Positions 7,910-15,956 of a stretch of 24,000 nt of DNA are shown piece after piece. Below the pieces are notes generated by a model. It was not told where the DNA came from. It did not search any database and saw only the letters and a program-made list of their open reading frames with translations. The DNA is from Dietzia alimentaria 72 (lineage in GTDB: Bacteria; Actinomycetota; Actinomycetes; Mycobacteriales; Mycobacteriaceae). The position numbers and the translations under genes are program-made. The DNA lies in the NCBI RefSeq assembly GCF_000226215.1, contig NZ_AGFF01000025.1, positions 38,374-62,373 of the forward strand, written 5' to 3'. The stretch's first letter is position 1. Each line of letters begins with the position of its first letter.

Positions 7910-9264
7910 TGACCACAGGCCCCGTGCGCGACCTCATCGGCATCGGCCTGGGCCCCTTCAATCTGGGCCTGGCCGCGCTGACCCACGACCTGCCAGACCT
8001 CGATGGCGTCTTCCTCGAATCGCGGGATGCGTTCTCGTGGCACCCGGGGATGATGATCGAGGGAGCGACGATCCAGGTGCCCTTCATGGCTGACCTGGTG
8101 ACGATGGCCGACCCCACGAACCGTTTCAGCTTCCTCAATCACCTCAAGCAGGTCGGCCGCCTCTATCCCTTCTACATACGGGAGAACTTCAACCCCCTTC
8201 GTGCCGAGTACGACCAGTACTGCCGATGGGTTGCCGACCAGCTCGAGACCATCCGTTGGGGCCACGAGGTGATGGCCGTCGAGCAGGAGGCCGACGGCAC
8301 CTACCTCGTCACGGCGCGCCGGTCAGATGGGTCGATCAGCTCCCTCCGCGCCCGGCACGTGGTCCTCGGCGTCGGGACCGAGCCCTCGCTCCCGCCCGTC
8401 ACCGAGCACCTGGGTGGCCCGGTGACGCACAGTGCAGGCTATCTGGACGCCAGAAGCGAACTGCGATCTCGGCGGAGCATCACTCTCGTGGGCAGCGGAC
8501 AGTCCGCCGCGGAGATCTACCTCGATCTGCTCGAGGGCGTCACCGAACACGGTTACCACCTGACCTGGGTGACGCGCTCGCCCAGGTTCTTCCCGATGGA
8601 GTACACCAAACTCACCCTCGAGATGACCTCCCCCGACTACGCCCGCTACCACCGCGCGCTGCCGATGGAGCGGCGAGACACCCTCGGGCGGGAGCAGCGC
8701 GCCCTCTACAAGGGGATCAGCGCCGACCTCGTCGACGCCATCTACGACACGCTCTACCGGATCCGCATCGAGAGCGGCAGGAGCGTGCCCACCACGCTGC
8801 TGACGAACTGTGAAGTCCGGGACGCCTCCTGGGACGATCACTCCGGCCGCTACACGCTGGGGGTACACCACCGGGAACAGGACACGACGGTGACGGTGGC
8901 CAGCGAGGGCCTTGTCCTGGCGACCGGCTACCGCCCGCGCACACCGGACTTCCTCGCACCCGTCGCGGACCGCATCCGCCGCGACGCGCGCGGCCGATAT
9001 GACACGGCATCCGACTACAGCGTCGACGTCGCCGGGAGGATCTTCGTCCAGAACGCCGAGGAGCACACCCACAGCGTCCTCGCGCCGGACCTGGGAATGG
9101 GCGCCTACCGTAACTCGGTGATCATCGCGGCGATCACCGGCCGGGAGGTCTACCCCGTCGAGGAGCGGATCGCCTTCCAACACTTCGGGGTCGAGGACAT
9201 CCACTCCCCCATGGTCACTCGCGGCGACGCCCGCGTCGCCGCGGCGGCGGGGGTGGGCCGATGA
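7909..9264 (+). CDS. desB: FAD/NADPH-dependent diamine (lysine/ornithine-type) N-hydroxylase, IucD/DesB/AlcA family
   Basis: From ATG 7909: LIGIGLGPFNLGLAAL (FAD GxGxxN motif), ITLVGSGQSAAEI (NADPH motif), GLVLATGY (the DxxxLATGY-type motif). Length 451 aa. The ORF-track start at 7132 is an out-of-context extension overlapping the decarboxylase. Confidence 0.9.
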   Translation: MTTGPVRDLIGIGLGPFNLGLAALTHDLPDLDGVFLESRDAFSWHPGMMIEGATIQVPFMADLVTMADPTNRFSFLNHLKQVGRLYPFYIRENFNPLRAEYDQYCRWVADQLETIRWGHEVMAVEQEADGTYLVTARRSDGSISSLRARHVVLGVGTEPSLPPVTEHLGGPVTHSAGYLDARSELRSRRSITLVGSGQSAAEIYLDLLEGVTEHGYHLTWVTRSPRFFPMEYTKLTLEMTSPDYARYHRALPMERRDTLGREQRALYKGISADLVDAIYDTLYRIRIESGRSVPTTLLTNCEVRDASWDDHSGRYTLGVHHREQDTTVTVASEGLVLATGYRPRTPDFLAPVADRIRRDARGRYDTASDYSVDVAGRIFVQNAEEHTHSVLAPDLGMGAYRNSVIIAAITGREVYPVEERIAFQHFGVEDIHSPMVTRGDARVAAAAGVGR

Positions 9265-11609
9265 GCAGCTACTCGATGGTCACGCTTATCGGCCGCGTCA
9301 CCCTCGAGTCGGTGGAACCGACCGGTGACGACGACGACGTGGCGCGGCTCCTGCACGGGTGGGTCACCCATCCCAAGTCCAGCTTCTGGGGCATGCAGGG
9401 GTGGACGCGGAAGCAGACCCGTGCGGCTTTCGAGGAGATTCACGCCGACCCGCACCACGACGCGTGGCTCGGACGGGTGGACGGGCAGCCGACTTTCCTG
9501 GTCGAGACATACGACCCGAGGCACAGCGTCCTGGCTGCGCACTACCGGGCCACCCCGGGGCAACTGGGTATGCACGTGCTCGTCGCCCCCACGGACACCC
9601 CGGTGCGGGGATTGACCTCGGAGGTCTTCCGCGCGGTGATGCATTTTTGTTTCCGGGACCCGCAGATCACCGAGGTCGTCGTGGAGCCGGACGTGCGCAA
9701 CCATGCCATTCACGCCAAGAACGCCGCCGCCGGATTCGTCGTCGACCGCACGATTACCCTGCCGGACAAGCAGGCACTGCTCAGCTTCTGCACCGTGGCT
9801 GCCTTCGCGACGAGCGAGCTGGAGCGCGGCGACGGCCGGGATCGCGGGCCGCGGGTCGAGCACCTCAATCCCGATGTCATGGCCCGTGCCCACCGGCACA
9901 TCGCGGCAAAGGCGCTCGGCGAGTTCGCTCACGAGCGGCTCCTGGAACCCGCCGCGACCGATGCTGGACGGTGGGAGATCACCGCGGGGCGCGCCCGATA
10001 CTCGTTCTCCGCTTCCCGACACCAGCCCGAGCACTGGCGCATCGACCCGGCGAGCATCGAGCGTGAGGTCGACGGCCACGCCACCGGGGTCGACGCCCTG
10101 ATCGTCGTCGGCGACCTGCACCAGGAACTCGGAATCCCGGAACACCTGCGCTCGACCTACCTCGAGGAGCTCAGCGGCACGCTCGCGAGTCTGGCGTACA
10201 AGTGGCACCACCAGCGACATTCCAGTGCTGACCTCGTCCACGCCGACTTCCAGACCGTCGAGGCGGCGATGACGGAAGGACATCCCGCCTTTGTCGCGAA
10301 CAACGGTCGGATCGGTTTCTCCGCCTCTGACCACGCGGCGTGGTCCCCCGAGGCGGGGGCCGACGTGCGTCTCGTCTGGGTCGCTGTGCGCCGCTCCCTG
10401 GCCGGACTCTCGCTCACCGAGGACTTCTCCGAGGAGGCCCTGTACAGCACAGAGCTCGACGCGGCCGACCTGGCGCGGTTCACTCGTCGTCTCGAAGCGA
10501 AGGGGGGTAGCCGCCGGGACCACCTCTTCATGCCGATCCACCCGTGGCAGTGGGACAACAAGCTCGCGGTGACCTTTGCCGCCGACATCGCCCGGGGCGA
10601 CATCATCCACCTCGGGACGACCGCCGACCGCTACCGGGCACAGCAGTCAATCCGCACCTTCTTCAACCGTGACCGGCCCGAGCGGTGCTACGTCAAGACG
10701 GCGTTGTCGATCCAGAACATGGGCTTTCTCCGTGGGCTGTCCCCGCGGTACATGCGGGACACACCCGCGGTCAACGACTGGGTCGCGCAGGTCGTAGCGG
10801 ACGACCCGGAGCTGACCGCATGCAACTTCCGGGTGCTGCGCGAGGTCGCCGCCGTCGGATATACCGGCGACGTCTACCACACCCTCGGCTCGGCCAATCC
10901 CCATACGAAGATGATCGCGGCCCTGTGGCGGGAGTCGCCCGTGCCGAAGCTGGCAGCGGGGCAGCGGGTGATCTCGATGTCGGCGCTGCTGCACCGGGAC
11001 GCGCAGGGCACCTCGTTCATCGGAGAGCTCATCGCGGCTAGTCCGCTGGCGGCGGGCGAGTGGGTGCGCCGGTGGCTGCGCGCCTACCTGCGGCCGATCG
11101 TCCACTGCCTCGGTGTGCACGATCTGGCCTTCATGCCGCACGGGGAGAACGTCATCCTGGTGCTGGAGGACCACTGTCCCACCGGCATCTTCATGAAGGA
11201 CATCGGCGAGGAGGTCGTCGTCATGGGTGAGCGCGAGCTCCCGCGGGATGTCGAGCGCATCCGGCACGTCCTCGACCCGAGGACCCAGTCGTTGTCGATC
11301 CTCACAGACGTCGTCGACGGGGTGCTCCGCTTTGTCTGCGAGATCCTCGACGACGACGAGGTGCTCGCCGAGGAGACCTTCTGGGCCCTCGTCGCGGATT
11401 GCGTTGAGGCACACGCTCGGGACCATCCCAGGGCGGCCCGGTTGGACCTGCTGCGGCAGAGGTTCGAACACTCCTGCCTCAACCGTCTGCAACTGCGCAA
11501 CACCCTGCAGATGGTGGATCTGGCCGATCCGGCAGGATCGCTGATCACGGCCGGGATGCTCGACAACCCACTGCACGCTGCGACGCGTGCGCCGGAGAGG
11601 GCGTCGTGA
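9261..11609 (+). CDS. Fusion of hydroxamate N-acyltransferase (IucB/DesC/AlcB-like, about aa 1-185) and NIS synthetase (IucA/IucC family, DesD/AlcC-like); same architecture as DfoC/BibC
   Basis: ATG 9261 overlaps the upstream TGA (ATGA). N-terminal domain: HGWVTHPKSSFWGM, LVETYDPRHS, GMHVLVAP, EPDVRNHAIHAKN. The remainder, NPDVMARAHRHIAAKALGEFAHERLLEP...MPIHPWQW...SIRTF...KTALSIQNMGFLRGLS...MPHGENVIL, is typical IucA/IucC with a FhuF-like C-terminus. Confidence 0.9.
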   Translation: MSSYSMVTLIGRVTLESVEPTGDDDDVARLLHGWVTHPKSSFWGMQGWTRKQTRAAFEEIHADPHHDAWLGRVDGQPTFLVETYDPRHSVLAAHYRATPGQLGMHVLVAPTDTPVRGLTSEVFRAVMHFCFRDPQITEVVVEPDVRNHAIHAKNAAAGFVVDRTITLPDKQALLSFCTVAAFATSELERGDGRDRGPRVEHLNPDVMARAHRHIAAKALGEFAHERLLEPAATDAGRWEITAGRARYSFSASRHQPEHWRIDPASIEREVDGHATGVDALIVVGDLHQELGIPEHLRSTYLEELSGTLASLAYKWHHQRHSSADLVHADFQTVEAAMTEGHPAFVANNGRIGFSASDHAAWSPEAGADVRLVWVAVRRSLAGLSLTEDFSEEALYSTELDAADLARFTRRLEAKGGSRRDHLFMPIHPWQWDNKLAVTFAADIARGDIIHLGTTADRYRAQQSIRTFFNRDRPERCYVKTALSIQNMGFLRGLSPRYMRDTPAVNDWVAQVVADDPELTACNFRVLREVAAVGYTGDVYHTLGSANPHTKMIAALWRESPVPKLAAGQRVISMSALLHRDAQGTSFIGELIAASPLAAGEWVRRWLRAYLRPIVHCLGVHDLAFMPHGENVILVLEDHCPTGIFMKDIGEEVVVMGERELPRDVERIRHVLDPRTQSLSILTDVVDGVLRFVCEILDDDEVLAEETFWALVADCVEAHARDHPRAARLDLLRQRFEHSCLNRLQLRNTLQMVDLADPAGSLITAGMLDNPLHAATRAPERAS

Positions 11610-13984
11610 ACCGGCGCTGGAGGGTGCGGCGCGACCCATGGGGAATCCCCCACTGCTGGGGCGCCACACTGAATGACCTCGCCTACGCCCAGGGATGGAC
11701 GGCCGCCGTCGATCGGGCCTGGCAACTGGAAATCGAGCGGAGGCGGTCTGAGGCCACGACGACCGCCGTCCTCGGCACCTCGGAGTGGGATGAGTTCGCC
11801 GTGGCCGCCAGGCTCCCCGAGATGTCCCGGGCCGCTGTCGCCTCGGTCGACGAGGACACAGCCGCCTGGCTCGCGGCTTTCGTCGAGGGGGTGAACGCGG
11901 GCCTGGCAGAGGGAGCCCGGCGCGCGCCGGAGTTCCTCGCCACCGGCACCGAGCCCGGACACTGGGAGCCCCACAGCGCGGCGGGGGTGTTCCTCGTCCA
12001 ACACGTGCTCATGGGGTCTTTCGGGCACCAACTGTGGCGCCGCCACGTGCGTGCGACGCTCGGCGAGACAGGCATCGACCTGCTCAGCCACGAAGCTGTG
12101 CCTTTTGGTGGCAGCAACGCCTGGGCGCTGACCGGGTCTCGTACCGCGAGCGGCGCCCCGATGATCGCGGCCGACCCACATCGCGTGCTCGAGGCCCCGG
12201 GGATCTACCAGCAGGTTCGGCTGACGACCCCGACGATCGACGTCACGGGCCTCGCCTTCCCGGGAGTGCCCGGAGTGGCGCACTTCGGCCACGCCGGCAC
12301 GGTCGCCTGGGCCATCACGCACGCCATGGCGGACTACCAACAGATCGCACCCGGTTCCGATCCCGCGATGCCACACCCGCTCACCCCGGCCGGCATCGAC
12401 GGCGATATCGCGCTGGGAGCCATGCGCCGACTGCTGACAGCGCGGACCGTGGACGATGTCGACGCGGCGTTCGATGACTGGGTGGAGCCGGTCAACGCCG
12501 TGATCATCGCCGGATCAGACGGAGTCGTCCGCGAGCGCGTCGCGGGCCGCATGGTGACGCAGGAAGGAACGACATTCGCGGTGCCTCCCGCTCGGCGGGA
12601 TCTCGCCGAGGGAGAGGTCGTCGTCCATGCCAATGATCGGCGCCCCTCCGTGGCGGGGCTCGGCGAGGAGTTCGCGGCCGCGCACCGGGGCAGCCGTATC
12701 GCAGAACTGCTCGCGCATCGCGAGCGGTGGGACAGTGAGTCCCTCTCGACGATCCAGATGGACACCCGGCTCGGTTCGTGGCCGACGTACCGGGCCCTGC
12801 TGCAACGGTTGGAAATCGACGAACGGTCGGACCCGGGCGCGATGACCGCGCAGGTCCGCCGGCGGCTGCTCGGCTGGGACGGACACATGGACGCCGGAAG
12901 CGTCGAGGCCGCCCTCTTCGCGCACTGGCGGACCGAGTTCGTCCGCCTCATCGCAGCCCACCCACGGCTCGAGGCCCTGCACGCCCCGACCGGGCTGGCC
13001 CCGTTCTTCGCCCCGTGGACGGACCCGGTCGCGCGAATCGGATCAGGCCTCGAGAGGGTCGTCGCCCGCGGCGGACATCACGGTCTTCCCGTCGCCGAGC
13101 TGGCGGCCGCAGCCCTGGGACGAGTGGCCGACACGCTCGGTGACCAGACATGGGGAGAGTCCCATGTCGCCGCCTTCAGCCTCGTCCATGGGCACAGTCC
13201 CGTCCCGGAGCCGCAGCCGCTGGGCGGGGACGGTGACTGCGTCCTCGCGACCGCGGCCGCCCCCGGACTGAGCGATCAGTGCTGGCGCGGGCCGGTCGCC
13301 AGACTCGTCTGGGACCTGGCCGGAGGGAGCACCTGGATAGTTCCTCTGGGTGCCGACGGCCCGTCCGACTCCCCCCACGCCCTCGACCAGCACGACCTGT
13401 GGCGCGCCGGCGCTCAGATCCCCACACGACAGGACACCCCCATGACCAACCTGATCTTCCGCCCCCTGCGCCCGACGGACGACGCCCCGATGATCCACGA
13501 ATGGGCCACCCGGCCCCGTGGACGCTTCTGGGGGATGGCGGACAAGAGCGTGGAGGAGATCCGTGACATCTACGCCTTCGTCGACTCCCTCGAGGCGCAC
13601 TGGGCGTGGATCGTCGAGGACGCCGGGCGGGCGGTGGCGCTGGTGCAGACCTACGAGCCGGAGCACGACCCGATCTCAGGGGTCTACGCGGTCCAGCCGG
13701 GGGATGTCGGCGCGCACGTCTTCGTCGCACCCGGCGAGGACGCCCTGCGTACCGCGGCGGGGATCCTCGCATGGATCTTCGCCGACCCGGCGGTCCGGCG
13801 TCTGGTGGGCGAACCGGATGCGGAAAACCACGCGATGCTCACCCGACTGCAGCAGAGCGGCTTCGAGTTCGCTGACGAGGTCACCATCGGCGACAAGCTC
13901 GCGAGGCTGGTCTTTCTCACCCGAGAGCGGTTCGAGTTCATGGCGTCAGACACGGTCACCCGGGGCGGGTGGCCGCGAGAATGA
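11606..13984 (+). CDS. Fusion of a penicillin-acylase-family Ntn hydrolase (aa 1-612, no signal peptide) and a second IucB/DesC-type N-acyltransferase domain (aa 613-792)
   Basis: GTG 11606 overlaps the upstream TGA (GTGA), with a GGAGAGG RBS. Acylase blocks: RRDPWGIPHCWG, AYAQGWTAAVDRAWQLEIERR, nucleophile motif GG-S170-NAWALTG (Ser codon 12113-12115), MIAADPH, GVPGVAHFGH. From ATG 13442 in the same uninterrupted frame: RPRGRFWGM, VQTYEPEHDP, GAHVFVAP, EPDAENHAM, LVFLTRERF. These blocks are paralogous to the acyltransferase domain of the upstream gene. Confidence 0.85.
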   Translation: MNRRWRVRRDPWGIPHCWGATLNDLAYAQGWTAAVDRAWQLEIERRRSEATTTAVLGTSEWDEFAVAARLPEMSRAAVASVDEDTAAWLAAFVEGVNAGLAEGARRAPEFLATGTEPGHWEPHSAAGVFLVQHVLMGSFGHQLWRRHVRATLGETGIDLLSHEAVPFGGSNAWALTGSRTASGAPMIAADPHRVLEAPGIYQQVRLTTPTIDVTGLAFPGVPGVAHFGHAGTVAWAITHAMADYQQIAPGSDPAMPHPLTPAGIDGDIALGAMRRLLTARTVDDVDAAFDDWVEPVNAVIIAGSDGVVRERVAGRMVTQEGTTFAVPPARRDLAEGEVVVHANDRRPSVAGLGEEFAAAHRGSRIAELLAHRERWDSESLSTIQMDTRLGSWPTYRALLQRLEIDERSDPGAMTAQVRRRLLGWDGHMDAGSVEAALFAHWRTEFVRLIAAHPRLEALHAPTGLAPFFAPWTDPVARIGSGLERVVARGGHHGLPVAELAAAALGRVADTLGDQTWGESHVAAFSLVHGHSPVPEPQPLGGDGDCVLATAAAPGLSDQCWRGPVARLVWDLAGGSTWIVPLGADGPSDSPHALDQHDLWRAGAQIPTRQDTPMTNLIFRPLRPTDDAPMIHEWATRPRGRFWGMADKSVEEIRDIYAFVDSLEAHWAWIVEDAGRAVALVQTYEPEHDPISGVYAVQPGDVGAHVFVAPGEDALRTAAGILAWIFADPAVRRLVGEPDAENHAMLTRLQQSGFEFADEVTIGDKLARLVFLTRERFEFMASDTVTRGGWPRE

Positions 13985-14588
13985 TGCGGACCGTGCGCTC
14001 GATCTCCTCGTCTTCGGCTTTGCGACCCATCGTCATCGGGGCGAGAAAAAGTGGTGCCACCAGGGCGTTGATCACTGATTCCGGCGTGTGCTCGGCGGAG
14101 ATCTCATTGCGGGCCAATGCGCGCTCGACCATCTGCTGCCATTCGTTCCTGACAGGTGCGTACTGGGCCACGACCAGCCTCCCGAATTCGGGGTAGCGCC
14201 GACTGGCCAGGAGCAACGTGGTGGCCACCTCGACAGGGTCGGCGGCGAACGTCGCGATGCGGTGCGCGAATTCACGGACGTCCTCGGCCCAGGAGCCGGT
14301 GTCCGGCGGGGCTATGCGGCGCACATGCGTCGACAGTCCCTCCACGAGCACGTCCTCGGGTGTGGGCCACCACCTGTACAGGGTTTTACGACTCACACCA
14401 GCGCGCTCGGCCATCTCGACCATGGTGAAATCGATCCTCCCCTCGGCGAGGAACGCCAGGCATGCCTCTCTCACGGCACGCCGAACCTCCGCGCTTCGTC
14501 CGCCGGAGCGGGTGCGCACGCGCGGGGCGGGTTCGGATTCGTCCGGTGTCGACCCGCCGCCGTGAGATGACGTGACCTGCGAATCCAT
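13956..14588 (-). CDS. TetR/AcrR family transcriptional regulator
   Basis: The helix-turn-helix block FTMVEMAERAGVSRKTLYRWWPTPEDVL is a classic TetR_N. I prefer ATG 14588 (GGGAGG RBS 7 nt upstream) over the track's GTG 14612. The 3' end overlaps the convergent siderophore gene by 29 bp. Confidence 0.85.
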   Translation of the reverse strand: MDSQVTSSHGGGSTPDESEPAPRVRTRSGGRSAEVRRAVREACLAFLAEGRIDFTMVEMAERAGVSRKTLYRWWPTPEDVLVEGLSTHVRRIAPPDTGSWAEDVREFAHRIATFAADPVEVATTLLLASRRYPEFGRLVVAQYAPVRNEWQQMVERALARNEISAEHTPESVINALVAPLFLAPMTMGRKAEDEEIERTVRIILAATRPG

Positions 14589-14702
14589 CGAAGAACCTCC
14601 CGTTAACGACACAGCATGTTGACTTTATCGAATTCCTGCGCGCATGATGTGGATCACACACTCCGCAATCTACGTCCGCGGGGCCCGCGAGAGGACATCA
14701 CC

Positions 14703-15926
14703 ATGTCAGTCGAATCCCAGTACGACGTCGCAGTGGTGGGCGCCGGCCCCATCGGCGCCGCCACCGCGAGGCATCTGGCCGACCAGGGCGCATCGGTGAT
14801 CGTCGTCGGCCCCGCCGAGCCCGAACGTTTCGACGATCACCAGGGCGTTTGGGCGGGTTACTACGACCAGGGTCGGTTGGCGCACGTTCTCGAGGTTCCA
14901 CTGGTGACCTCGTTGCTGGCCACCCGGTCGATCCGACGCTTCCCGGAGCTGCGGGAACGCTCGGGCGTCACCTTCACCACCCCCACCGAGTCGCTTAGTA
15001 TCCTGCCCGACGTCACCGAAGGCAACCGGGGATCGGAGTGGTTCGACAGGGACCGACTGCTCCGCAACGCCGAGGACCTGGGGGTCCCCGTCTCGCCGCT
15101 CAGTGCGGATGAGCTGCGCAGTGAGTACCCGCGGATGCGTTTCGCCCCGGGGCACGTCGGCGTGGTCCAGCGTGACGCCGCGATCCTCAACCCACGGGAG
15201 TTGGTGCGCGCGGAGCTCGCGGTCGCTACCGCGGCTGGCGTGACCCTCGTCCGGGACGAGGCGGTCTCGTTGGAGCGTGCGGAGAACGACGACGACGGCG
15301 TTCTCGTCGTCGGAAAGTCATCGGACACGTGGCGCGCGGACAAGGTCGTGCTGGCGACAGGCGCAGCTACCAACGCCACCGGCCTGCTGCCGCGTCGACT
15401 GCAGATGCAGACCTATGGCGCGACCGTCGTTCTGGTCGAGGTGGACGACCCAGCCACTGTCGACATGCCGGCGATGATGTACCTGAAGTTCGCGGACGGG
15501 CAGCTCCGGTTCGGCGGCATCGTGATGTCGCCCCTGCGCTACCCGGACGGCAAGTGGTACATCAAGGTCTCGGGCAACAGTCTGCTCGACACCCCGCTCG
15601 AGTCGTCCGATGAAATCGCCGAGTGGGTACGCACGGGTGGCCGGACCGCCGACATCGACGACACCTACGAGTTGCTGGCGGAGTTGATGCCCGACCAGAA
15701 ACTCGGTCCGGCGCTCACCCGGCCGTGCACTGTGTGCGACACCCCGACGGGACTGCCGTACCGGGACCGGGTGCATGACCGGGTCACGGTGGTCGTCGAG
15801 GGCGAGCGGGGCGCGATGGCCGCCGACGAACTCGGGCGCTTGACGGCTGAATACACACTGGCCGGTCAATGGAGAGACGGCATTCCGCACGAGGTCTTCC
15901 GCGCCCGCTGGGTCACACCCAACTGA
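14703..15926 (+). CDS. FAD-dependent oxidoreductase (DAO family, sarcosine/pipecolate-oxidase-like)
   Basis: From ATG 14703 (GAGAGGA upstream): YDVAVVGAGPIGAATARHLADQGASVIVVG is a GxGxxG dinucleotide fold. HQGVWAGYYDQGRL resembles the MSOX-type block. Divergent from the TetR gene. Confidence 0.75.
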   Translation: MSVESQYDVAVVGAGPIGAATARHLADQGASVIVVGPAEPERFDDHQGVWAGYYDQGRLAHVLEVPLVTSLLATRSIRRFPELRERSGVTFTTPTESLSILPDVTEGNRGSEWFDRDRLLRNAEDLGVPVSPLSADELRSEYPRMRFAPGHVGVVQRDAAILNPRELVRAELAVATAAGVTLVRDEAVSLERAENDDDGVLVVGKSSDTWRADKVVLATGAATNATGLLPRRLQMQTYGATVVLVEVDDPATVDMPAMMYLKFADGQLRFGGIVMSPLRYPDGKWYIKVSGNSLLDTPLESSDEIAEWVRTGGRTADIDDTYELLAELMPDQKLGPALTRPCTVCDTPTGLPYRDRVHDRVTVVVEGERGAMAADELGRLTAEYTLAGQWRDGIPHEVFRARWVTPN

Positions 15927-15956
15927 CTCGCGCTCTCTACGCGCACCCGAAAGAAG

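Noticed and set aside
9150-10610. Long antisense or alternative-frame ORFs. Examples: 486 aa at 9150-10610 (-), 430 aa at 11084-12376 (-), 340 aa at 10647-11669 (-), 492 aa at 21573-23051 (+), 304 aa at 6344-7258 (-), 450 aa at 4761-6113 (-)
   Set aside because: Each overlaps a gene with strong family motifs on the other strand or frame. Their products are Arg/Gly/Pro/His-rich with no domains. Long spurious ORFs are expected at this GC content.
14601-14650. Possible TetR operator (GTTAAC...GTTGAC) and a TTGACT-N18-CATGAT promoter in the TetR/oxidase divergent region
   Set aside because: The inverted repeat is only 5/6 over 6-nt arms and the hexamers are weak. This is not enough to call a feature without TSS or binding data.
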